Of a stretch of 64,000 nucleotides of DNA, positions 24,625 through 38,300 are shown one piece after another (positions within the stretch are counted from its first letter, which is position 1; each line of letters starts with the position of its first letter). The notes beneath the pieces are model-generated. The model saw only the letters and a list, made by a program, of their open reading frames with translations, had not been told where the DNA came from and ran no database searches. The translations under genes and the position numbers were made by a program. Source of the stretch: Bilabrum cf. latius. Lineage: Eukaryota. The stretch spans positions 186,001 through 250,000 of the forward strand of contig OZ237738.1 of assembly GCA_965178125.1 (NCBI GenBank), read 5' to 3'.

Positions 24625-25938
24625 TCATAGCGCCTCGGGGCCGACATACAGCGAATGCGCTGCGAACAGCAGGAAAAGTACACCCCCTGCGTACGTGACT
24701 GTCTTCTCGCTGATCCTGGATGCAAGCAGCCTGCCACCGAGCACGGCCAGCCCGGTGCAGATGGCGTGACCAATCACGCCGCCGATGCACACGCCGATGG
24801 GCTCCTTCGCCGCTGCCATTGCGATCGTCGCAATCTGGCTGCGGTCCCCCCACTCCGCCACGAAGGTGAGCGAGAATGCGTGGATGAGCACCGCAACCCA
24901 GGCACCTGCTCCGAGTGCTGCAGCGGCGTTGCTCCTCGCAGCGCCGCCCGGTCGCGAGGGCGCAGCAGCTCCCGCTCCATTCCCGCCGCGCTGCTGCACG
25001 CTGCTACCTTCCACTCCGCGGCTAGCTGATTTGCGGGGCGACGCGCCCGCCTCCACGTCGTCATTTGCTTCGCCCTCGTCGGCGAGCTCCTCCTCGACCT
25101 CTGCGAGCTCCTCAGACACACCATCGTTTTTCGTGGGTGCCTCTCGCAACAGCTAAATTCCAAAGAATACGAAGAGGAGGGCGGCTGCGTAGTGCGTATA
25201 CTGCCTTGGCAGCAGCGCCGGCAGGGCGAACCCGATCACTACACTCAGCACGGTCATGACCGCCACAGCACCAAGAGCTCCGGCGTAGACAGCACTCCTA
25301 TCGTTTGTCATGGCCAGAATAGCAGCGATGAAGAAAGTTTTGTCGCCTAGTTCTGTTACGATGATCATTGCAACAGAATTTAGAAGCGCATCAAGGAATC
25401 CCTTTCCCGACGATAGAAGATTCATTGACGACTGCGAGCGACAAGCGCCAGACGAAGGAATGCAAAACAATTGATGTGTCATAATCAACTACTCGCAGCG
25501 ATTTCTCGGCATTTTCATGGGTGGGCAAGGAAAGGCTGCACGTGTCCCCCATGTGCGTGCACCTTGGGAGCACGCAGCTCGTCTCACCTCCAACATGGAC
25601 TTGGCTTCAGGATTCGATTGCAGCTGCCCGAATTCTGTCTCCGTCAGGACACCATCGTGGTTCTTGTCGGCTGTCTCGAATAGCTAGTGGACCTCATTCC
25701 CAGAGCCATCTTGCTCTTGCACTGCGGCATCAGCAGCACCACTAGGCTGAGTCTCACTGCTAGGATTCCCACTGCCTCGTGGTGCTACAAACCCTGTTCC
25801 AGTCTGCTGCGCAGCCAACGGTGCTGTTCGCTTCGGTACCGCATCCTCGCCGATTCCAGAAAAACCCCTGGCCGGGGTCTAGCTGTTCACTGTAACACCA
25901 AGCATCAGCATGGCGCCAACTATCCATATTGTACGCAT
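24625..25938 (-). CDS. GDT1: GDT1/TMEM165 (UPF0016) Ca2+/Mn2+ transporter with signal peptide and N-terminal EF-hand; exons 25938-25588, 25431-24625
   Basis: Both UPF0016 motifs ELGDKT and EWGDRS with transmembrane segments. TAG at 25153-25155 sits at the end of the first repeat's last helix (FFGI*LLRE). Phase-0 GTGAG..CAG intron 25587-25432; ends TGA. Confidence 0.92.
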
Positions 25939-26234
25939 ACTTTAATGCTGTACGACGAAGCTCAAAAAGGTCTGCGGGCCTACACCGTACTATCCCCGGA
26001 TAAGTGCACCGTTTCGAAATTGAACGCAACCCGGAACCTCAAAATCAGACTTTGGCCTGAAAGGGTCGGGGGTCTTGTAGTCCTTGTTTGAGGACTCCTC
26101 TGGATTCAGGTGATCACTCGAACTCCTTCGGGGGCAACGGTGCATCTGGGTGCTTGTGGAATCTTTACCCAACAATGTATTTCTGTATTTCTGTATCAGA
26201 AAAACGAAGTTGCGCCAGTCGTGCTACCAACCTA

Positions 26235-29153
26235 TCAATCCATGCCCGCCAGCCCGCCAGTCTAGAACCTCTCCTCCGGTCCATCCCTGATCCAGACGAG
26301 GTCGATTCCGTTCTTCTCGCAGAACGCCCGGATCCGACCGGCCATGGCCGGGTCCCGCTGGTAAAAGTCCGTTGCATGCAGTGCCTTGACGTGCTTCTTT
26401 ATCCGCACCTGCCCGTGAACCTGAATCTCTTTGTACGCGCTCGTCCGCAGGCACCGCGAGCTGGCCCCCGACGCCTTGCCCGTGGCCACGTGCAGCGCCG
26501 TCCTCAGCTCGTCCTTCGTGAAGGAGGCGAGCACGTGGGCGTAGTACTCGCACGTCGCGACCGTGGCGCTCGGGGAAGAGCTGTCGCAGTCGCACATGGT
26601 GCTTCGCAAGCGAACGTTCCTAAGCTCGAAGTAGGACGCCCCGTACCCGATGCAGCTGGCCACCCCTTTTGGATCCCCCAGCACGTTGAGCACACCGTAC
26701 TTGACACGGTCCTTGGGCTTGGCGTCCTCGTACATGCCGTCGAAAAGACGGTCCTCCCAGCTCCTCCTCGCCTGCAGATTCATGCATCCTCCGGAAAGGC
26801 TCGTCTCGAACTGGTTCCTGTAGTGCGTGTCTCGCTCCAGGAATCGCAGCACGCTCCCCAGGTTGAGGTGGATGATGATGGGGGCCTCGTCCCGAATGTA
26901 CCGAAACAGGGCGTTCATGTGCTTCCTCCTGAAACCAAGCATCCGCACGCGTTTCTCGATGCGCTGCATCGCGTCATGCGACTTGACCCTCGCGTCGTTT
27001 GCCACGTGAGCGATGGCCGCCCTCTGCCTCGTCGAGAGCTTGTCCAGCTCTTTCTGCTCCCACGGGGGAGGCACGAAGCACTCCAACTCCAGGCCGGCGC
27101 TGCGGATGAGCGCCGCAGCATCCCAGTACGACATCGCCGCCCCGGAAGAAGACGACCCGCCGCCTGCGCCCGCCCCGGAGGCAGGGCCACCCCCCGCTCC
27201 CGCCCCCATCTCCTCCAGCGCCTTCTTCACAGCCTCGTCCTGCTGCCCTTTGCCCAGCATCGCTACATCCAGCCCCACCTCGGCGAGAGTCACCCTCGCC
27301 CTCTCCCTCGCCTCTTTGCTGCCCCCCAGCAAGAAGGTCTGCACCTGCGCATCCACCTCCTCACGCCCCCCCAGCAGCACAGAGGCAGCCTCAAGCTGCT
27401 CCTCCGACCACCCTTTCCCATCCACGTCGACCCCCGCCCCGACCACCCGCAAGAACTCGGCTGCGTCCACCTTCTCCCCCTTCTCCATGCGGTCCAGCAG
27501 AGCAGAAGCCTCCTCGGACACAACCGTATCGTCCACGAGGGCCAATCCACCGGCACTCTCCGCTCCCTTGCCGCCCGCGCTTGCCCCCGCAGAGCCGCCC
27601 TTACCCCCGCCGCTCGAACCAGAGCCGCCCTCCGCCGCGGCTTCTCGCGCGGCTCGGGCCACCCTGGCACTGGACGAGCCCCCGCCCTGGGTCCCGTACT
27701 GCAGGCCCAAGTCCTGCACCCCCTCTGGATTGGTTCGGGCTGCAGCGGCTGCTGCCTCTGCTGCGCCGGCCTCCTCGTCCTCCGCTGCCTCTGCAGCAGC
27801 CGTGCCTCGCACGACCGCCGCCACCGCCGCCTCCACTGGGTCCGTGAGCAGGCCCGCTTCCTGCAGCTGCATGCGCGCCAGCTGCCGCATCTCGGGATCC
27901 ACGTCACTCTGCTGCCCCCCCGATAGACCCTACCCCTTGCCCTAGTCCTTACCTTTGTCCACTCCTCCGTCGCTGCTCTCCGCCTCAAAGCCCCCGGAGG
28001 AGTCGTCCCAGCCCAGGCCCAGCGGGACACCCGCCATCCGCCTAAGCTCGATCACGGCGTCGAATCCACCCAGCCCCTCAGTGGCTGCGCGGCGCCTCTC
28101 CACTAGTTCCGCAATCCTGTCGCTGGGTAGGACAGACGCCGCGGGAGGAAGCGGGATCCGGCTGGCAGCCGCGGGCTGGCGGCCTGCAGCCGCATCCAGG
28201 TCCAACGCAGATGCCTTCTTGGAGGGCACTGCGGAAGACCCGGAGCCAGAAGGAGCCTGTTCCCCGGCGTCTTCCTCGCCGTCATCGCTCCATGCATCAT
28301 CGCCCTCGCCCTCGCCCTCGCCCTCACCTTCGCTCTCCTGCTCTCTTCCAGTGCCAGCGCTTCGTGTGTCATCGCCCTAGGAGGATGTGCCCGACTACGA
28401 CCCAGGTGCAGGCGCCGGCTCCTCGATCCCATCGCTTTCATCCGAATCCTCTGCTGGATCTTCCGCGGGGTTCACGTCCTCTTCACCACCCCCTATTTTC
28501 TCAGCTCTGATGCCAACCCCTGCTGCTCCACCCTGGGCTGCACCTGCAGCGACCGCCGCAGTTGTGCTGCTGCTTCCCGCGGCCCCAATGGCGGCAGTGG
28601 AACTAATCAGCTTGCGCTGCAGGTCCTCAAGCATGGCATCCACTGGAAGCGCGAATTGGGCCAACTGATGTTGTACTGCCATCTTCTAGGCGTGCGGGGT
28701 GCTCTCATCCAGCAGCTTCAGCAGCAATCGCTCCACCCGGCGCTTCCCGCCAGCCTTTGCAAGCGCAATCGGGTCGGCGCTAATATAGCCCGTGCTTGGT
28801 GTCATACTGCTGCCTGCAGCTTGTAGCTCTCCCACCTAAGCTCGTGCGCCCGCCGATTGCAGGGCCTGCAGCGCCAAGTCTCTGTTGCCCCCACGCCTCT
28901 GGGCTTCGTGAAGCAACCAAAGCATGTCCTTGGTGGCCGCACCGCCGCGTTTCGTGTCAGATCTAGCCAGTGATGCTCCGCACATTGCGCATCGTTTCTC
29001 GTCGACGCCGTTCTCAAAGGCGCAAAGGCTGCACGTCTGAGTCCTGCGACGCCGGGTCATTTCAACCATTCCTGATGGTGGCAGGCCTTCCCTATCGGAT
29101 GGAAGCGGCATAGGTGGCTAAGTGGATGCGCTAGCTGCGCTTGAAGCCGCCAT
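26235..29153 (-). CDS. RanBP2-type zinc finger + C-terminal DUF3626-like domain protein (about 972 aa)
   Basis: CSLCAFENGVDEKRCAMCG finger at about 29035-28975. C-terminal HYRNQFETSLSGG, RVKYGVLN, YGASYFEL, YKEIQVHG resemble DUF3626. One frame over about 8 TAGs; TGA at 26235-26237. Confidence 0.75.
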
Positions 29154-29312
29154 AATATGGACTGCAGCTGACTGGAGGGCTCGAGAACGCCCAAGTTGCA
29201 GTTCGAGAAAATGGTGTTGCAACCGCCGTCGCTTTCAAGAAGAAGATTAAAACCGCCGTCGCCACCAGCTCGATGCAAGGCCTCGTGCATTCTATTAGAA
29301 TCATAGTTGCAA

Positions 29313-32300
29313 TCATTTCCTGCTGCCCCGACCCTACTTCACCCCGCTGGCTCGCATCGCCTGCTGCCGCCGCGCCTGCGGCTACGCGCCGGCCGCGCGT
29401 CTGCGGCGCCCCGCCACGGGACCGCCGGACGCAGCTTGCGCCTGTGCCTGCGCGACCCTCTCCAGCTGCCTGGGCCCTAGCCCAGTTCCAAGGCCCGAGG
29501 GACTCTCCGTGCCGCTCCCAGTCCCGCCCCCGCCCACCGAACCGAAGCTGCTCGTCCTCGCCGGAGCAGGTGCTCGGGAAGGCAGCCGCTCCTCCAGACT
29601 CTCCGACAGGCCGCCACTCGTCACATCACCCCTTGCACTCCCACGGCTTTCTTCCGGTACCTGTCGCCGGCTAGACCCGCCTGGGATGCCCCGCCCCCCT
29701 GCCTGCGCGGGGGTGTCACCAGTGGCACTCGGACCGTCCTACGATGCAGCGGGGCCACTGTCACTGCGACTGCTGCCCCCGTCTGCTGCCCTTCTCCGGC
29801 TGCTCCTGTCTTGCGTGCTGCGTGGGGGTGACGAGTACGTCCCTTGGACTGAACCACTGGCAAGGTCTACCTGCAGCGATGGACGGGCGGTCTGATCGAT
29901 CTCCTCCCACACGTCGAGCTGCTCGTCGTCTGCATCCAGAGAAATCTGCCCCACGGTGCCTTGGCTCTCGGGTGCATCGAGGGGCCCAAGCAGACGAAAG
30001 TCACCGGAGCCCTCACGACTGCGCTACACAGACGGGGAGGAAGTGCCAGGCTTTTCTGATCCATCTGCTGCGTTCATGTGTCCGGTACGCCTCCCTCTTG
30101 ACCCCTGCCTGAGACTTGCTCCCGACCCGGCTGGCAGGGGCAGCCTAGAGGCAGGCACAGGCCCAGGCACCCTTGCGTTCAAGCCAGCCCTTGGCTCTCT
30201 CGATGCAGGCCGAGACGCACCCCGAGGAGAACTTGTGTTCGTGCTGTCTCTGTGCCCTGTCTTTGAGCTTGCAGCATGACCTGGGCCCGACATTGGTAAG
30301 CCCCTTGCAGTCCTCGCGGCGTAGGAGTGGCGCGAGCCAGTCCGTGCCATCCCGCGGTAGTCCCGTCCCCTGCCTCGCTCACTTCCATGGCCTGACCCAC
30401 GACCCCGCCCTGAGCCTCCACCCAGCCCTGAGCCTCCGCTGCTGCCACCCCTTGCACCACGACCAGCCACACTCCTCTCAGATAGTGCCGGGTGGCCCAC
30501 GTGGGTCCGCCTCCACAGCCTTGGATCCACCGTGCTCTCGGCAGCGTATGGCCGCGCCGGATCCTCCCATACATCCAGCGCGCGAGAACGAGATGCCTGC
30601 CCGTCCGGTTCTTGCCCTTGCCGCAGCCCATACTGTTCTGTTTGCTCTGATTCGACGACGCCGATTGGCATCAGCGCGACACCCGCAGCTTGCTGGCTAC
30701 GAGTCGCACCGCGCACATCTGTTTGCCTGGCAATTTCGCGTCTCGTGGGGGACGGTGGGTCCAATCCAGCAGCTTCCACTGCCAGCCGACCACTGGGGGC
30801 AGAGAGAGATGGGTCTCTGCGACTGGGGGCAGAGGAAGATGGGTCTCTGCGACTGGGGGCAGACAGAGATGGGTCTCTGCGACTGGGGGCAGAGATAGAT
30901 GGGTCTCTGCGACTGGGGGCAGAGGAAGAGGGGTCTCTGCGACTGGAGGATTGCGAAGGCCGCCGCCCGTTTCGAGAGGCGCGACCACCGCGCGACGCAG
31001 CATGCCGCTGATGTCTCAATCTTCGTCGGTTGCTTCTCGCAGATCGTCCAGGGGATGCCGTTGGATCAGGCATAGCTGCCTCGGCCGAGTTATGGTGCCT
31101 CGGGGACCCACTTGTTTGCTACACTTGAAGCACTCGTCGCTCACTCCTGCTCTTGCTACCGACCTTGCCGGGCCATCCTCTTCGGACAGACCCTCCTGCA
31201 TTCTCCTAGGACCCAAGGAATGTTGCCTCCAGGGAGGAGCGGGCATGGGAGTGGGGCTGTAGTCGCAAAGGCTGGGGTGCAGCGTGGCTGGACCGGGCGC
31301 CGGCAGAGCGACGTGCATCAACCTGGCTGCCCCGAGTGAGTCGGCTGCGGCCATCTGGGGGTGCGGTCTCCCGCGCGTCATTCTGCCTCGTGCTGTGCTT
31401 TGACAAGGTGCCAGTCCGTGTGCTCGATACATCGCCGGTGTTGCGTCGTGGTGCCATCTTCGGCAAGTGGCTACGCCTGGGCTTGGCAGCACTGGTCGCG
31501 TTAATACCTCCGTTTGGAGCGGGTCCTACGGATGCTGGCCGCCTCGATACCGGGGTTCGTCGGTCGGCTCGATGTTGATGCGACTGTCGTACGACTGGCT
31601 TGGGGTCAAGCGCATCCTTGAGCATATTCAGGCACGTGTCTCGGTCCACGAGATTGGGACACCGCTCAAGCCAGGCCAGCGAATCGCCCGAACCCCGAAT
31701 TTCAGTCCTCAAGTTTGGGATCACCTTCCCAAACACCGTGCGCAGAATCTGCCTTGCTACTCCCCTCTCTAACTTGGACGGCTCAATCGGCTGGAATAGG
31801 CAAAGCCTCTCAAAATTGGCGCTGCAGCAGACCCGCAGCTTCAGCCATGCAACCGACGGTCCCACGCGGCCGCACACCTGCCGCCGCTTGGCAGCCAGCT
31901 TCTTCTTACCTTTCTTCCCATCGGATGCCCTCTTCTTGTCTGACCCCCCTTTAGCAGCTGCTGCGGCTGAGGAAGAGGACGAGAGGTTGAGCGCTGGCAT
32001 GGCTCCCCTCACTGCCCCACCCTTGGCAGCCCCTAGACTTGGCGAGCGGTGCTTGTCGGAGCCCGCGCTACCCTGCCCACTGCGGCGCGACATGGGCTGC
32101 TTGCCAGTCATGTCCTCGTTTATCAGCCCCTGCAGCTATCTCTGCATGGACCTGTGCTTCTCGGCTTCTTTCTTGAAGCCAGAATCAGCCGACTCGCACA
32201 CTTGCACCAAGGCGTTGTGCAGCGTGGCCTGCACGCCGCGCATGCCGCAGCATTTGGCGAGGACCACACATTTCAGCAACAGCCTCCTCGCCATTGGCAT

Positions 32301-35300
32301 GTCTCCCAGATCAGCAAGCACCGCTCCGTGGAGCGCCATCGCCGATACAGTGCCCATGATGGACCGGCCCTGTCTGTGGAACACCCTAGCCGCGGCGGCC
32401 AGGTGTCGCTTAGCGCCATCAGCGTCCCCAACCCGCAGACTCACCAGTGCGCATGCACGCTTCACGCATGCTTCGGCAAAGGACATTTGAATCTGTCTCA
32501 ACCCCTGTGTGGCAGCTGCCAGCGGAGACTAGGCCTCGCCAGCTCCGCTGGAGGCTTGTAGGGTGGCAAGTTGGTACCGCGGTATGGCCAGTGGGCTGCC
32601 AGAATCAGGACCTGTGCCTGCCAGAACACCTCGCGCTGAGTCTGCCCTGCGAATCGCAGCTGATACAAATTCACCGCTAGTACCCTGTAGAGATCTTGTA
32701 GGGTGTGCCTGAGTGGTGCTGCGCCCAACACTCCTGAGTGGCGGGGGCGGTCCAGCTGAGGGGTCGCTTGGGCTCCCCTAGTCATCGGTTTCGGGAGGCG
32801 CAGGGTGGAGAACCTGATCTGGATCTCTGCACTTAGAACCATCGCTGCTGTCAGGCAAACCATCCAACTAAATAGACTGCACATCCCTGTGCTGCAGCCT
32901 TGATTCATGCACACTGTCGCTGGCTTCCTGCACGACAGCCATTGCCAACTGATGGTCATCCGTGCTCTCCCTCCGCAGCAGCAGCTCCGCAAACATGGCA
33001 CTGGATGTGAGAAAATGTTTTGCGGCGCGCCGGCAGGCTCTCCGCAGTCGTACAGAGTAGACCTTCGGCTACTACGGGCGAACATCTCCCAGTCCTCCCT
33101 CGCTGCTCCAGATTTTGCTTCCTGCCACAGAGCCCTCGTACGATCCACCGCCGGGGCTGCCCATGCGGGGGGCATCTGCAAGAGGCGACTCCTCAGGAGG
33201 GTCCTCGTCGCCAACCCACGATACTTCGCCGATCGCGCTGTCCGCTCGCTCGCTACCTGGGATCGACTGCACCATCGCTCCATCACTACTGTCCCCAGCA
33301 ATGCTCCGCGTAACACCCGCCCCGAGCTCAGACTCTTCGCCCCGGTAGGTACGCCGAGTTGGTGCACCGGAGTGCAGGCTGTGCAGGTCAATTCCAGTTT
33401 CGCCTGCCTCGGTGCGCTCGTCCAGCACCGTCATGCCGTCTAGTGTACGTCCACGGCGGCCACGGCCTGGTCGAGCCAGCCTATCAGCACGTGTTCGAGT
33501 CGCCTGTGGCTCGGAGCTGTCGTCACTGCCCTCTGATTCTGTACTAGAGTCTGATCCATGCGATCGCGTCTCATCGGACTGCTATCTTGCCATGCTACTT
33601 CCAACTTGCTGGGGCGTTGTCAAGCTGACTTCCCACACGCCAGTACCATTGGATATTCTTTGCTCTCGCGCTGCACCGTCTGATGGACCAGGTGCCTCCT
33701 GCCGCTCGTCTTGAAGCTCTCCTGTCTCCAGGACCTGCATCAGCCGCGCCAACTCGCGACCATAGCTAAAACACTGCAGCAGATTTCGCCGCTGCACCGC
33801 CAGCAAGGCGTCCGCTAGCTTCACCCCACGGAGGGCATCACTGTGCGTCTCGATTAGCTCGGGGCGGGAACTCATGGCCCCCTGCTTGCACTCGTCCAGT
33901 AGCCCAGCTGGCAGAAAGAGCGAGTCCTGGTACACGCTGGCCATGTGCTCTACGTGCAACCGCGCCCACAGCGATATACGAAGCAGCAGCTCGATTCGCA
34001 GCTGCTGCAAAGGAGCGATCGTGCTCGGAACATCCGTGGGGTACACCCGCAGGTGCCTGTAGAACCTTGTGAGTCTCTCCTAGCTCAGGTATCGATGCGA
34101 GATGCGACTCTTGCTGCGCACCGTCTTGACTTCGCTTGAGATGATGCCTGGCTGCTCCACAATGTCCCTCAGGTCACCCTCATCGCGGCATCGAGCCAGC
34201 ACTAGCTGGGCAGGTTCGCGCAGCAGCACGTCAGATCGCAAATCTGGCATGACGCCGCCATCTGTTGCCAAAGCAGCCGATGAATACGAGCCTGTAGCTG
34301 CCTCAACTGACGACATGCGGCGGCGGTCGCTCTCCACTGCGACAGGCGAGCTGGGGAGCTGGTCCGGGAACAGCCGGGCGGCCTCAACGCCCACGTCGCG
34401 CCGACTAGACTTGGCACCGAGTGGCTTTGACAAGCAAGACGCCCATCCCATGCACGCGCGATCGTCCGTGAACAACGAATAGTGTGTCAGGGTAGGCGAG
34501 CGCCTCGACTTTCGGGTTGAGCGCTGCCGGCTCAGATGTAGCTGGCGGGAGAGTTCGCTCCCTGCGGAGGCCACGCTGCTCTAGTCGTCTTCCCAGTGCA
34601 CAGACCGCCCCCGCGACATCCTCTCATCTGGCTCACTTTCGCTTTGCCCGCAGCCTTCATCAAACACTGCTTGCGCTTCTGGGTCGAGCCGATCGAGGCC
34701 TTGGTTGTGCATGCTAGCGAGAATGTAGCTGCCACCAAAGTCCGCGGAAGTCATAACCCGGCGACCCGCTGGGGCGGACGATGAATTGCCGCTGGCAACA
34801 TCATGCCCGTGCAATGGTTCGGAATAAATACCAGCCAGCATCTCACCCAATTGGCTTCCGTGTGACTGCGCCAGCCCATCAGAGCTAGGCAACCGATCTG
34901 TGAGGGAGCGGTGTGTCAAGTCTCCTTTTTTGTGCAAACCGTGCCTGTGGTGGCCACTCTTCTTTATGGTCCGCTGATCCCTTATTCTCATGATGTTCCT
35001 GACGTAGTGCTTGAGGAAACCCGCAGAATCGTGCAGCAAGCCTTTGGCCCGGTCTTTGCCAACGCAAAGCGACCTGTTTTTAAGCGATGCCAGAGCTGCA
35101 TTCAGCCTTCGGCGCGCATCTCGGGCTGATGCCCCCCTGCGCCCCGGAGCCCCAAAGCGAGGGAAATTCCCAGACCCCTCCGTGATGCCTGTCCACCCTG
35201 ATGCCTCTGAAACGCCCCCAATGCTCGCAGCTCGCTTCTAGGTTCCCGGTTGCAACCCATCTCTGTGCCCGCTCTCCCGCATGTCTACCGGGTCCTCATC

Positions 35301-38300
35301 AATCCCAGCAGAAAGCCCAATTCCCCTAGAATCATACGAGGCTACAGATTGAGCCCTCTACACAGCTGCCAGTGGTGTGGTATCGCCCTTCCGACCGGCT
35401 GCGGCGGACTGCGGAGGAGACGCAGCTGGCGAATCGGCGTACGCTTCAGCTCTTGGAGGGAATAGGAACACAGCAGCAGCTTCGGCGAACTAAAAGCCAT
35501 CGCCAAAAATGGCCTCCAAGTCGGAGGACAACAGACCGGCGGGAAGCAGACCAAGCAAGTGCACCAGAGCAACCGCGTCGGGGCTCGTGGCCGCGAGTGA
35601 AACAAGGTGGGTGTTCATGGAGACCAGCATCATGGTGTCTCTGTCCGCAATAGGAGGCTCTGGAGGAGAAGCCACCAGCCCAATGCAAAGCCCAGTCGCA
35701 GACGATTCTCCCTCATCGCTAGTGTCAGAGGTTTCTGACTTCTCTCGGTGCATGGTAGACGGGCCACCGAGGTAAAGACCTCCCGTGCCGGCTGCTTCTG
35801 CAAATGCAACCATGGCCGGATGTCGCCCGAGCTCACCCCCTCCGAGATCACCCACCCTGGTCGTGCCTCGCAGCAGCGGCGGACCATCCTCGTCATCGTT
35901 CAGATCCGACCGCTCTGCAGCCGCCCGCATCGCTGCCTCGAAGTCGTCGAGCGAGAAAGAGGGATTGCTCAGGACTTGAGCCAGCTCCAAGATGCGCATG
36001 GGACTGCAGTCCATACATATCTTGGATATCCTGCGACCCAGCACCGCAAAACGCCTCGCTGTGCTTAGAGTCCTAAAATCCGAATCAGTTGCCTTCAGGA
36101 CCTCAAACAGAACATCATCGCCGCGGGAGCAGGCATTGCGCATGAGCCTGCCGGCAGCTTCATGACTAATCCCTTTCAGCTGTCTTGTGGATTCTGACAG
36201 CCCAGATGGTAGAGACATACTAACCTTCAGGCTCTCGGCACCTGACAGTGCTATTCTTGATAGTGGGTCCAGTCTCCTGTGCAACCTGGCGAGCATTTCC
36301 CGAAGCTGATGAGGCGCCGCGCTCTGCACCAAGCCTACGTCAACCAGGACTAGCAGGACCTTTCTATTCTTAAGGATCTAACAAATCAGCGAAAACAACT
36401 GCTGCTCCTAGTGCTATCCAGCTCGTTTCGGCTGGTCGATGGATGCAGGAGTATGGTGCTTTGTTGCATTCAGGTGTCGTCCATTCGAAGTCTCGACCAG
36501 GCTGTGCCGTCTGGATCCAGCGGATTCCTCGAGCCGTCCCACGATTCGAGAGCCGCCCGAAATGGACCGGCCACCAGCGGACATGACCGAGGAAGCCTCG
36601 CCAAAAGCTTTGGATTCCAGGTCGCCTATGCTGAGTGGCCTATCGTTCGGCTATTCGAAGAACCAGCTTTGCACCACGGGATCCTCATCTGGTGGGTTCT
36701 CGGGATCAGCAGCCTCCACCCCTTCCCCCTTGGGGTCCGCGGGGGCCCTGTGGTAGTCGCTGGAGCTAGACTCGCGGTTTGACTCGGTGTGCTTCCTTGG
36801 GGATTGCCGCAGCATCGACTCGTAGTGCCGCGTGCTGATTCCAAGTTTGCGGACGAGAGACAGACCGCTCCTTCCGCCTGCCGCTCGCACGATCCCGGTC
36901 CACAGCCTGCCCACCATCTGCGGGGCGCTTCGACAGCCCCTGCAATTCACCGTGATAACACCGTCGCTGAAGGGCATGTAGTCACATCGCGACACGACGT
37001 ACTTTGCCAGCTCAAGAAGCAAGGACGTCTTGCCGGATCCGGGCCACCCGGTGAGGGTCACTGTGTCAGATTTCTTCAGGTGGGCCATAAGCATGAGGAG
37101 ATCCTTCTCTCGCCCAACCAGGTCACGGCGGACGGGCTACACCCTGTAGAAGAGTGCTCGTGGGCGCAGCCGCTCCACGTGTACCTGGCACACGGGGTTG
37201 CCTTTAGCACCTGCGCCGCCAGTACCCTGTGGCCTCGACCTCGCCGATGTTGCGCTGAACAAGACCTAATCGGCCACGGACCCCAGCTCAGTAGACGGCT
37301 CCAGCTTGATCGCTTCTATACGGTCTCCACTTCGGCGCGACACAAATAGCAAGAACTGGCAATCGGACGGGGTATCATCTTGCACTCGCAGCGCGGCGGC
37401 TTCGAATGCCTCCCTCACCGTCCGTCCCTAGAAGAGTAGCTCATACATCTCGCGGACAAACTGCGTGCACATGGTGTCAGACACGCTGCTTTCTCGCGGG
37501 ACCGAGATTGCCATCTCGGCTGCTCCAGTCTGCACCAGTGCTCTAGCGGTATCTTCGCCGTGGCAGCAGGACACGAATGCGAGCTGGACTGGTGGCGGGC
37601 CTCTGGCGGCCTCGCCTGCAGTCGCAGCCACAGCCGCAGCCGCAGCCAAGCCGGCACCACCTTGGGCGACCATCCCGTCAGCTCTAACGTTGTCACTTTT
37701 TTGCCTGGTACTACTACTAGTACTCCGTTTTGGCCGAAGAGGTAACTTTGGAGCCAGCTGGGGCGGGCGCCCCGCGCTCAGGCTTTGCATCATGCTTGCT
37801 GCAGCCAGCAGAGCGCTACTGCTGCGCGGCGCCGGACCTCGGTCTGCTGCAACCGGCGCGCTGCTATGACCCGGATCTGCTGCCCGTGCTTGCTCTGGAT
37901 CCCTCGCACTGGCTCGCGCTTGGGGGTCCTCCAGGAGATGCACTGGGGTGCCGCCCGCAGCAGGGCCTGCCGAACTGCCAGTGGGCGCAGTCGCTCCAGC
38001 CTGAGGGCGTCGACCAGCTGAGCCCAAAGATGCATCGCTAGATGACTGGAATGAGCTCTAACGCAACGCCAAGTCTGCATCTGCTGACGAGTATCCCGAG
38101 ACATCCCTCTCGATGCCGTCGCCCCGCTCGCTTAAATCCGATGCTGGGACGGACCCACAACCAGATTGCTATCTCTTCAACCGCATTTCGTCTTGGTTGT
38201 GCCAGCCAATTCGATTCTATTTGGCTCGGTATACAAGCTCTGCGATGCCTGACTTGCCGACAGCGTCGGATCTGCCAGCAAACTCTCGTCTCTCTAGCAA

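Noticed and set aside
29153-29315. Single fused CHAT-STAND-TPR-DUF3626 polypeptide
   Set aside because: An in-frame TGA at 29313-29315 separates the genes, TGA is the main stop here, and the downstream gene has its own ATG.
30790-30945. 30-nt repeats as a CRISPR array
   Set aside because: Units are directly adjacent with no unique spacers, lie in a eukaryotic coding frame, and no cas genes are present.
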